DNA of 64,000 bases from Squalus acanthias (taxonomy: Eukaryota): the NCBI GenBank assembly GCA_030390025.1, contig CM059433.1, positions 32,862,001 to 32,926,000 on the forward strand, read 5' to 3'. Shown here in pieces: positions 48,001 to 58,045 of this stretch. Below the pieces are notes generated by a model. It was given only the letters and a program-made list of their open reading frames with translations. It was not told the origin of the DNA and did not search any database. Position 1 is the first letter of the stretch. Each line of letters opens with the position of its first letter. The position numbers were made by a program, and so were the translations under genes.

Positions 48001-51000
48001 ACCAGATCAATCATAGAATCAATCACATGATCAATCATAGAATCAATCATAGAATCAATCACATGATATATTACACAATCAACCTAGAATCAATCACATG
48101 ATCAATCACAGGATCAATCATAGAATGAATCACATTATCAAACACAGGATCAATCATAGAATCAGTCACATGATCAATCACAGGATCTATCATAGAATCA
48201 ATCACATGACTAATCATACAATCAATCACATGATCAAGCACAGGATCAAGTATAGAATTAATCACAGGATCAAGCATAGAATCAATCACAGGATCAATCA
48301 TAGAATCAATCATAGAATCAATAACATGATCAATCATAGAATCAATCACATGATCAATCACAGGATCTATCATAGAATCAATCACATGATCTGTCATAGA
48401 ATCAATCACAGGATCAAGTATAGAATTAATCACAGGATCAATCATAGAATCAATCATAGAATCAAACACAGGATCAATCATAGATCAATCACAGGATCAA
48501 TCATAGAATCAATCCCAGTATCAATCATAGTATCAATCACATGGTCAATCACAGGATCAATCATATAATCAATCTCATTATTAATCACAGGCAAATCATA
48601 GAATCATTCACATAATCAATCACAGGATCTATCATAGAAACAATCACATAATCAATCACAAGATCAATCATGGGACCATCATAGTATCAATCATATCATC
48701 AATCACATGATCAATCACAGGATCAATCATAGAATCGATCACATGATCAATCAACAGATCAAACATAGAATTAATCACATGATTATTCACAGGACGTATC
48801 ATAGGATCAATCACATGATCAATCACACAATCAATCGTAGAATCAATCACATGATCAATCAGAGGAACATTCATAAAATCAATCATAGAATCAATCAAAG
48901 GATTAATAATATAATCAATCCCAAGATCAATCATGGAATCAATCACAGGATCAATCACAGGATCAATCATAGAATCAATCACAGGATCAAGCACAGAATC
49001 AATCACAGGATCAAGCATAGAATCATTCACAGGATCAATCATAGAATCAGTCATAGAATCAATAACATGATCAATCATAGAATCAATCACATGATCAATC
49101 ACAAGATCAATCTTAGAATCAATCACATTATCAATCACAGGATCAATCATAGAATCAGTCAGATGATCAATCACAGGATCTATCATAGAATCAATAAAAT
49201 AATCAATCATAAGATCAGTCATAGAAACAATCACATGATCAATCACAAGATCAATCATAGAATCATCACAGGATCATTCATAGAATCAATCACAAGCTCA
49301 ATCATAGAATCAATCACAAGATCAATCATAGGCTGAAACATAGAAGGAATCTCATGATCAATCACAGAGTCTATCATAGAATCAATCACATGATCAGTTA
49401 CACAATGAAACATAGAATCAATCAGATGATCAATCACAGGATCAATCATAGAATCAAAGACAGGATCAATCATAGAATCAATCTAATGATCAATCATAGA
49501 ATCAATCACATGATCAATCACAGGAACAATCACAAGATCAATCATGGGACCATCACAGGATCAATCAAATGATCAATCTCATGATCAATCACAGGATCAA
49601 TCATACAATCAATCACATTATCAATCACCAGATCAATCATAGAATCAATCACATGATCAATCACAGGATGTATCATCGGATCAATCACATGATCAATCAC
49701 ACAATCAATCATATAAACAATCACATGATCAATTACACAATCAACATAGAATCAATCACATGATCAATCACAGGATCAATCATAGTATCGATCAAATGAT
49801 CAATCATAAGATCAGTCATGGAATCAATTACAGGATCAATCAAAGCATCAATCATAGGATCAATCACATAATAAATCACATGATCAATCATAGAATCAAT
49901 CCCAGGATCAATCATAGATTCAATCACATGATCAATCAGAGGAACAATCATAAAATCAATCATAGAATCAATCAAAGGATTAATTATATAATCAATCCCA
50001 GGATCAATCATGGAATGAATCACAGGATCAATCACAGGATCAATCATGGTATCAATCACAGGATCAATCACAGGATCAAGCATAGAATCAATCACAGGAT
50101 CAAGCATAGAATCAATCACAGTTTCAAGCATAGAATCAATCACAGGATCAATCATAGAAGCAATCATAGAATCAATAACTTGATCAATCATAGAATCAAT
50201 CACATGATCAATCACAAGATCAATCATAGAATCAGTCACATGATCAATCACAGGATCTATCATAGAATCAATAAAGTAATCAATCATAAGATCAGTCATA
50301 GAATCAATCACAAGATCAATCATAGAAGCAATCACATGACCAATTATATAATCAACAACATGATCTAGCACAGGATCATACTAGAATCAATCATGGAATC
50401 AATCACAGGATCAATCATAGAATCAATCACATGATCAATCATAGAATCAATAAAATGATCAATCACAGGATCAATCATAGAATCAATCACATGATCTGTC
50501 GTACAATCAATCATAGAATCAAACACAGGATTAATCATAGAATCAATCACATGATCAATCATAGAAACAATCACATGATCAATCACAGGATCAATCATAG
50601 AATCAATCACATGATCTGTCATAGAATCATTCACAGCATCAATCACATGATCAGTCATAGTCTCAGTCATAGAATAAATCACATGATCAATCGCAGGCTC
50701 AATCATAGAATCAATCATATGATCAGTTAAACAGTCAAAATAGAATCAATCACATGATCAATCACAGGATCAATCATAGAATCAATCCCTGTATCAATCA
50801 TAGAATAAATCACATGGTCAATCACAGGATCTATCATAGAATCAATCAAATGATCAATCATAAGATCAGTCATGGAATCAATTTCAAGATCAATCATAGC
50901 ATCATTCACATGATCAATCACAGGATCAATCATAGAATCAATCATATGATCAATCATATAATCAATCACATGACCAATCACAAGGTCAATCACATGATCA

Positions 51001-53361
51001 ATCATAGAATCATTCACATGATCAATCACAGGATCAATCATACAATCAATCAGAGGATCAATCATACAATCAATCATAGAATCAATAGCATGATCAATCA
51101 TAGAATCAATCACATGCTCAATCACAGGATCGATCATTGAATCAATCACATTATCAATCACAGGATCAATCATCGAATCATTCACATGATCAATCACAGG
51201 ATCAATCATAGAATCAATCACAGGATCAAGCATAGAATCATTCACATTATCAATCACAGGATCAATCATAGAATCAGTCACATGATCAATCAGATGATCT
51301 ATCATAGAATCAATAAAATAATCAAGCACAAGATCAGTCATAGAATCAATCACAAGATCAGTCATAGAATCAATCATATGACCAATCATATAATCAACCA
51401 GATGATCTAGCACAGGATCATAATAGAATCAATTAGAATCAATCACAGGATCAATCATAGAATCAATCACATGATCAATCACAGGATCAATCATAAAATC
51501 AATCCCATGATCTGTCATAGAATCAGTCACATGATCAATCACAAGATCAATCATAGAATCAATCACATGACCAATCATATAATCAACCACATCATCTAGC
51601 ACAGGATCATAATAGAATCTTTCATAGAATCAATCACAGGATCAATCATAGAATCAATCACATGATCAATCACAGGATCAATCATAAAATCAATCACATG
51701 ATCTGTCATAGAATCAGTCATAGAAACAATCACATGATCAATCACAAGATCAATCATAGAATCATCACAGGATCATTCATAGAATCAATCACAAGCTCAA
51801 TCATAGAATCAATCACAAGATCAATCATAGGCTGAAACATAGAAGGAATCTCATGATCAATCACAGAGTCTATCATAGAATCAATCACATGATCAGTTAC
51901 ACAATGAAACATAGAATCAATCAGATGATCAATCACAGGATCAATCATAGAATCAAAGACAGGATCAATCATAGAATCAATCTAATGATCAATCATAGAA
52001 TCAATCACATGATCAATCACAGGAACAATCACAAGATCAATCATGGGACCATCACAGGATCAATCAAATGATCAATCTCATGATCAATCACAGGATCAAT
52101 CATACAATCAATCACATTATCAATCACCAGATCAATCATACAATCAATCACATGATCAATCACAGGATGTATCATCGGATCAATCACATGATCAATCACA
52201 CAATCAATCATATAATCAATCACATGATCAATTACACAATCAACATAGAATCAATCACATGATCAATCACAGGATCAATCATAGTATCGATCAAATGATC
52301 AATCATAAGATCAGTCATGGAATCAATTACAGGATCAATCAAAGCATCAATCATAGGATCAATCACATAATAAATCACATGATCAATCACAGGATCAATC
52401 ATAGAATCATCATAGAATCAAACACAGCATCAATCATAGAATCAATCATATGATCAATCATAGAATCAATCACATGATCTATCACAGGATCAATCGTAGA
52501 ATCAATCACATGATCAGTTACACAATCAACATAGAATCAATCACATGATCAATCGCAGGATCAATCATAGAATCAATCCCTGTATCAATCATAGAATCAA
52601 TCACATGGTCAATCATAGGATCTATCATAGTATCAATCAAATGATCAATCATAAGATCAGTCATGGAATCAATTACAGGATCAATCATAGCATCAATCAC
52701 ATGATCAATCACATAATAAATCACATGATCAATCACAGGATCAATCATAGAATCAATCACATGATCAATCACAGGATCAATCATACAAACAATCACAGGA
52801 TCAATCATACAATCAATCATAGAATCAATAGCATGATCAATCATAGAATCAATCAAAAGATCAATCACAGGATCAATCATAGAATCAATCACATGATCAA
52901 TCACAGGATCAATCATAAAATCAATCACATGATCTGTCATAGAATCAGTCATAGAAACAATCACATGATCAATCACAAGATCAATCATAGAATCATCACA
53001 GGATCATTCATAGAATCAATCACAAGCTCAATCATAGAATCAATCACAAGATCAATCATAGGCTGAAACATAGAAGGAATCTCATGATCAATCACAGAGT
53101 CTATCATAGAATCAATCACATGATCAGTTACACAATGAAACATAGAATCAATCAGATGATCAATCACAGGATCAATCATAGAATCAAAGACAGGATCAAT
53201 CATAGAATCAATCTAATGATCAATCATAGAATCAATCACATGATCAATCACAGGAACAATCACAAGATCAATCATGGGACCATCACAGGATCAATCAAAT
53301 GATCAATCTCATGATCAATCACAGGATCAATCATACAATCAATCACATTATCAATCACCAG
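30073..53361. repeat. 12-bp satellite, block 4, with young higher-order duplications
   Basis: Same monomer; near-identical variant strings recur at offsets 946 (33432/34378), 2,873 (37717/40590), 5,004 (38913/43917, 40590/45594), 6,067 (36905/42972) and 1,231 (51754/52985). Confidence 0.97.
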
Positions 53362-53594
53362 AGTGTCGGGAGCGGAGAGAGCAGCAGCACCGTGAGTATT
53401 TAAACTCACTTTCGCGGGCTTTTTTTGCAGAGGCCAGTGTCGGGAGCGGAGAGAGCAGCAGCACCGTGAGTATTTAAACTCACTTTCGCGGGCTTTTTTT
53501 GCAGAGGCCAGTGTCGGGAGCGGAGAGAGCAGCAGCACCGTGAGTATTTAAACTCACTTTCGCGGGCTTTTTTTGCAGAGGCCAGTGTCGGGAG
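53362..53594 (+). repeat. 3 x 74-bp tandem repeat (plus 11-bp partial) at the LINE 5' end
   Basis: Unit AGTGTCGGGAGCGGAGAGAGCAGCAGCACCGTGAGTATTTAAACTCACTTTCGCGGGCTTTTTTTGCAGAGGCC starts at 53362, 53436 and 53510; partial at 53584. Confidence 0.95.
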
Positions 53595-54047
53595 AGACGA
53601 GACCGGAAGTGGACCAGGTGGGAAGCACCCAGGTGAACAGCATTTAAGGAGGGTGGTGGCTTAAACCCGAGTTCCTACAGAGTAGGAACCCCCACCCGCC
53701 CTCCTCCTCTAACCTACTAGTCTTTTAGCAGTCTAAAAACAGAGGTCACAAATTTTTTGGTCTCAGTTTCTTTTCAGCAGAGCAGGAACCGGGAGGAGCG
53801 GGAAGTCGGCGTAGGACCAAGGGGACACAAGACCGGGAAGTCAGCGAAAGACCAGGGAGGTAAGACTAACTGGTAAGTACTTTCCTCAAACCTTCCTAGA
53901 AAGTAAAACTAAAACTAGTGGGATTTGGTTAGTTTAAAAAGGAATAAGAGGAGTACAGTATACATTGGTCTAAGTAAGCTTCCGGAAAACAAAAGTCAAT
54001 AAATAAACTAAAACTAGAAAATTAAAAAGTAATATAAGGGTTAAGTC
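53362..54047 (+). promoter_or_regulatory. LINE 5' UTR, putative internal Pol II promoter
   Basis: CpG-containing region in an otherwise CpG-poor window; ETS-type ACCGGAAGTG at 53602-53611, two CAGGTG E-boxes near 53615 and 53630, C-rich CCCCACCCGCCC near 53690. Function inferred from position only. Confidence 0.55.
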
Positions 54048-54995
54048 ATGGCAGTAGAGCTCGGACCTGTGTCATGCTCCTCCTGTAACATGTGGGAAAT
54101 CAGGGACGCTTCCTGTGTCCCTGACAACCATGTGTGCGGGAAGTGTGTCCAGCTGCAGCTCATGTGGGACCGCATGACGGCCCTTGAGCTGCGGATGGAC
54201 TCACTTTGGAGCATCCACGATTCTGAGAGGGTTGTGGATAACACATTTAGTGAGTTGGTCACACCGCAGGTTAAGGCCAGCGTAGATAGTACATGGGTGA
54301 CCAAAAGGCAGAGCAAGGGCAGGAAGGTAGTGCAGAAATTCCCTGGGGTTGTCTCCCTTAGCAACAGGTTCACCGCCTTAGGTGCTGTTGTCGGGGGGGA
54401 TGACTCATCGGGGGAAGGCACCAGCAGCCAGGCTCATGGCACCATGACTGGCTCTGTTGCAAAGAAGGGAGGGAAAAAGAGTGGCAGGGCTATAGTAATA
54501 GGGGATTCGATTGTAAGGGGAATAGATAGGGGTTTCTGTGGTCGCGACCGAGACTCCAGGATGGTATGTTGCCTCCCTGGTGCAAGGGTCAAGGATGTCT
54601 CGGCGCGGGTGCAGAACATTCTGGAGGGGGAGGGGGAACAGCCAGTTGTCGTGATACATGTTGGTACCAACGACGTAGCTAAAAAAAGGGAAGAGGTCCT
54701 ACAAGTAGAATTTAGGGAGTTAGGAGCCAAGCTAAAAAGTAGGACCTCGAAGGTAGTAATCTCTGGATTACTACCAGTGCCACGTGCTAGTAAGAGCACA
54801 GAGAACAGGATAGTTAGGCTAAATACGTGGCTTGAGCAGTGGTGTAAGAGGGAGGGTTTTAAATTTTTGAGGCATTGGAACCAGTTTTGTGGTAGGTGTG
54901 ACCTATACAAAAGGGACGGTCTACACCTGTGCAAAGATGGAACTGATGTTCTCGGGGTAATTTTTGATAAAGCAGTTCGGGAACATTTAAACTAG
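54048..54995 (+). CDS. CR1 ORF1 protein: zinc finger, coiled coil, SGNH/GDSL-like esterase
   Basis: 315 aa with ATG start; CSSC...CGKC, heptad-like LQLMWDRMTALELRMDSL, LSNRF motif; SGNH blocks VIGDS, PGA, HVGTND, DGLH. Confidence 0.93.
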   Translation: MAVELGPVSCSSCNMWEIRDASCVPDNHVCGKCVQLQLMWDRMTALELRMDSLWSIHDSERVVDNTFSELVTPQVKASVDSTWVTKRQSKGRKVVQKFPGVVSLSNRFTALGAVVGGDDSSGEGTSSQAHGTMTGSVAKKGGKKSGRAIVIGDSIVRGIDRGFCGRDRDSRMVCCLPGARVKDVSARVQNILEGEGEQPVVVIHVGTNDVAKKREEVLQVEFRELGAKLKSRTSKVVISGLLPVPRASKSTENRIVRLNTWLEQWCKREGFKFLRHWNQFCGRCDLYKRDGLHLCKDGTDVLGVIFDKAVREHLN

Positions 54996-57937
54996 TATGG
55001 CAGGGGGCTAGAAACCTATGTAGTGAAATAGAGGAAAGTGAAAGGCAGACAGAAATAAATGGTAAAAGGGTGAGGAACAAAAAACAAAGGGCCAAACTAA
55101 TTCATAAAAAATGTGAGCATAAAAAAAGCCTGAGGGTTTTATACCTTAATGCGAGAAGCATCAGGAACAAGGTAGATGAATTAGCTGTGGAAATAGAGGT
55201 TAATAATTATGATCTAATTGGGATTACGGAAACATGGTTGCAGGGTGAGCAGGGCTGGGAGCTTAACATACAGGGGTATTCAGTATTTAGGAAGGATCGA
55301 CAAAAAAGAAAGGGAGGAGGGGTAGCATTGCTGGTAAAAGAAGGGATAAATGCAATTGAAAGGAAGGATATTAACTCAGTTAATACAGAATCTATATGGG
55401 TGGAGCTAAGAAATAGCGAGGGGCGAAAAACATTAATAGGAGTGGTATATAGGCCTCCAAATAGTAAAATAGAGGTTGGGGAGGGCATCACGAGGGAAAT
55501 TAGAGAAGCGTGCAATAAGAGCACAGCTGTCATCATAGGTGACTTTAACTTACATATAGATTGGAATAGCCTAATCAGTAAAAATAATGAGGAGGAGGAA
55601 TTCCTTGAGTGTTTAAGGGATGGTTATCTGGATCAATATGTCGAGGAACCAACTCGGGAACAGGCTATATTGGACTGGGTACTGTGCAATGAGAAGGGAC
55701 TAATTAGTAATCTTGTTGTACGGGGACCCTTGGGTCAGAGCGATCATAACATGATCGATTTCTCACTCGAAATGGAGAGCGAAGAAATTGACTCAGATAC
55801 TAAGGTCCTGAATTTAAACAAGGGGAATTATGATGCCATTAGACAGGAACTGAGTAGGTCTGATTGGACAACGTTCCTGGGAGGACTGGAGGTAGATAAA
55901 CAATGGCAAGCATTTAAAGATAGAATGACAAAATTGCAAAAATTGTTTATACCAATCTGGCATAAAAGGAAATCTAAAAAGGTGACTCAACCGTGGATAA
56001 CAGGGGAAATTAGAGACAGCATAAAATCCAAATATAGGGCGTATAAAATAGCCAAAAAAAGCGCCAGAGCGGAAGATTGGGAACAGTTTAAGATAGAGCA
56101 AAGGAGGACAAAGGGCTTAATCAAGAGGGGCAAAATAGCTTACGAAAGCAAGCTGGCGGAAAATATAAAAACTAACTCCAAAAGCTTTTATAAGTATATC
56201 AAGAGGAAAAGACTGGTGAAAACCAAAGTTGGCCCATTGCAGTCAGATACGGGGGAATATATAACGGGAAATAAAGAAATGGCAGACCAACTAAATGCAT
56301 ACTTTGGGTCAGTCTTTACGAAGGAAGACACAAAAAACCTCCCTGGGATATCGGGAAAAATAGGGACATTTGCAAAGGAGGAAATGACGCAAGTCAATAT
56401 CTCTAAGGATATGGTGTTAAGGAAGCTAAAGGGATTGAAGGCGGACAAATCCCCAGGGCCTGATAACATGCATCCTAGGGTGCTGAAGGAGGTGGCCCTA
56501 GAGATAGCGGATGCACTAAGTATGATTTTTCAGAATTCATTAGACTCGGGAACAGTGCCCATGGATTGGAGGGTAGCTAACGTTACCCCACTATTCAAAA
56601 AGGGGGGTAGGGAAAAAGCAGTTAATTACAGACCTGTAAGCCTTACATCAGTTGTGGGCAAAATGCTGGAGTCCATCATTAAGGATGAAATAGCGGAGCA
56701 CTTAGCAAATGGGGACAGGATAGGACAGAGTCAACATGGATTTACAAAGGGTAAATCGTGCTTGACTAATCTATTGGAATTTTTTGAGGGAGTAACTGGT
56801 AAAATAGATGGGGGAGAGCCAGTAGATGTGGTGTACCTGGACTTCCAAAAGGCCTTCGATAAGGTCCCACATAAAAGATTAGCAGGGAAAATTGAAGCTC
56901 ATGGGATAAAGGGGAAAGTATTGACGTGGATAGAGAACTGGCTGTCAGACAGAAAACAGAGAGTTGGAATAAACGGCTCATTTTCTGAATGGCAGGCAGT
57001 AACAAGTGGGGTACCACAGGGATCTGTCCTGGGTCCCCAGCTGTTCACAATTTACATTAATGACCTGGATCAGGGAGTCGGATGCAGCATTTCCAAATTT
57101 GCAGACGACACTAAACTAGGAGGGGGGGTGGGCTCAGAGGAGGAGACCAGGAAGCTCCAGAGCGATTTGGACAGACTGGGTGATTGGGCGGATAAATGGC
57201 AGATGCACTATAATGTGGACAAGTGCGAAGTTATCCACCTTGGGTGCAGGAACGGGAGGGCAAATTATTATTTAAATGGCAATAAATTGGGAGAGGGGGA
57301 AGTACAGAGAGACCTGGGTGTTCTTGTACACCAGTCACTGAAGGCGAGCATGCAGGTGCAACAGGCGATCAAGAAGGCAAACGGTATGCTGGCCTTCATA
57401 GCAAAAGGGTTGGAATACAGGAACAGGGATACCTTGCTGCAGCTGTACAGGGCACTGGTGAGACCACACCTCGAGTACTGTGTACAGTTTTGGTCGCCTC
57501 ATCTGAGGAAAGATGTTCTTGCCATGGAGGGGGTGCAGCGGCGATTCACCAGGCTGATACCAGGAATGGCGGGATTGACCTATGGAGAGAGACTATGTAG
57601 TTTAGGGATGTACACATTGGAGTTTAGAAGATTGAGAGGGGACCTCATAGAAGTGTATAAAATTCTGACAGGTCTAGACAGACTAGATGCAGAAGGAATG
57701 TTTCCCTTGGCGGGTGAGAACAGAACTAGAGGACATAATTTAAGGATAAGGGCTAAACCATTTAGGACAGAAATGAGGGGGAATTTCTTCACTCAGAGGG
57801 TGGTGAACCTGTGGAACTCATTGCCACAGAGGGCAGTGTACGCCAGCTCATTAAATATATTTAAGAGGGAATTAGATATATTTCTACAGGCAAAAGGGGT
57901 TAAGGGTTACGGAGAGAAGGCGGGGACGGGATACTGA
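54986..57937 (+). CDS. CR1 ORF2: apurinic-like endonuclease + reverse transcriptase; start unresolved (no upstream AUG; track start is GTG 55070)
   Basis: APE motifs YLNARS, GITETW, GGGVAL, YRPP, GDFN, LDWVL, SDHN; RT motifs YRPVSLTS, QHGF, YLDFQKAFDKV, SGVPQGSVLGP, FADD. The frame is open from 54971 and overlaps the end of ORF1 in the -1 frame. Confidence 0.95.
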   Translation, partial: FKLVWQGARNLCSEIEESERQTEINGKRVRNKKQRAKLIHKKCEHKKSLRVLYLNARSIRNKVDELAVEIEVNNYDLIGITETWLQGEQGWELNIQGYSVFRKDRQKRKGGGVALLVKEGINAIERKDINSVNTESIWVELRNSEGRKTLIGVVYRPPNSKIEVGEGITREIREACNKSTAVIIGDFNLHIDWNSLISKNNEEEEFLECLRDGYLDQYVEEPTREQAILDWVLCNEKGLISNLVVRGPLGQSDHNMIDFSLEMESEEIDSDTKVLNLNKGNYDAIRQELSRSDWTTFLGGLEVDKQWQAFKDRMTKLQKLFIPIWHKRKSKKVTQPWITGEIRDSIKSKYRAYKIAKKSARAEDWEQFKIEQRRTKGLIKRGKIAYESKLAENIKTNSKSFYKYIKRKRLVKTKVGPLQSDTGEYITGNKEMADQLNAYFGSVFTKEDTKNLPGISGKIGTFAKEEMTQVNISKDMVLRKLKGLKADKSPGPDNMHPRVLKEVALEIADALSMIFQNSLDSGTVPMDWRVANVTPLFKKGGREKAVNYRPVSLTSVVGKMLESIIKDEIAEHLANGDRIGQSQHGFTKGKSCLTNLLEFFEGVTGKIDGGEPVDVVYLDFQKAFDKVPHKRLAGKIEAHGIKGKVLTWIENWLSDRKQRVGINGSFSEWQAVTSGVPQGSVLGPQLFTIYINDLDQGVGCSISKFADDTKLGGGVGSEEETRKLQSDLDRLGDWADKWQMHYNVDKCEVIHLGCRNGRANYYLNGNKLGEGEVQRDLGVLVHQSLKASMQVQQAIKKANGMLAFIAKGLEYRNRDTLLQLYRALVRPHLEYCVQFWSPHLRKDVLAMEGVQRRFTRLIPGMAGLTYGERLCSLGMYTLEFRRLRGDLIEVYKILTGLDRLDAEGMFPLAGENRTRGHNLRIRAKPFRTEMRGNFFTQRVVNLWNSLPQRAVYASSLNIFKRELDIFLQAKGVKGYGEKAGTGY

Positions 57938-58045
57938 ATTGGAGGATCAGCCATGATCTCATTAAATGGCGGAGCAGGCTCGAAGGGCCGGATGGCCTAC
58001 TGCTGCTCCTATCTTCTATGTATCTATGTATCTATGTATCTATGT
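57938..58045 (+). other. CR1 3' UTR: stem-loop and (TATCTATG)n octamer tail
   Basis: GGAGCAG (57971-57977) is complementary to CTGCTCC (58003-58009) and encloses GGCC-GGAT-GGCC; three TATCTATG copies at 58021-58044. Confidence 0.85.

Larger units (their letters stand above)
53362..58045 (+). mobile_element. Full-length, apparently intact CR1-clade LINE (~4.7 kb)
   Basis: GC-rich 5' UTR with tandem repeats, uninterrupted ORF1 and ORF2, short 3' UTR with stem-loop and (TATCTATG)n tail; satellite on both sides. Confidence 0.97.

Noticed and set aside
54048..54995. Host or horizontally acquired lipase/esterase gene
   Set aside because: An SGNH esterase in ORF1 is an established feature of some CR1-group LINEs, and this ORF lies in the ORF1 position of the element.
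54041..57792. Short antisense ORFs inside the intact LINE (and plus-strand ORFs at 22627-24749 opposite the truncated LINE)
   Set aside because: Shadow frames of ORF1/ORF2 with no recognisable motifs.
55070..57937. Prokaryotic RT system (retron, DGR, group II intron) or telomerase-like synthesis of the array
   Set aside because: APE-RT architecture, esterase ORF1 and octamer tail are diagnostic of CR1 LINEs; the empty-site paralog shows the LINE inserted into a pre-existing array, and no satellite template is visible inside the element.
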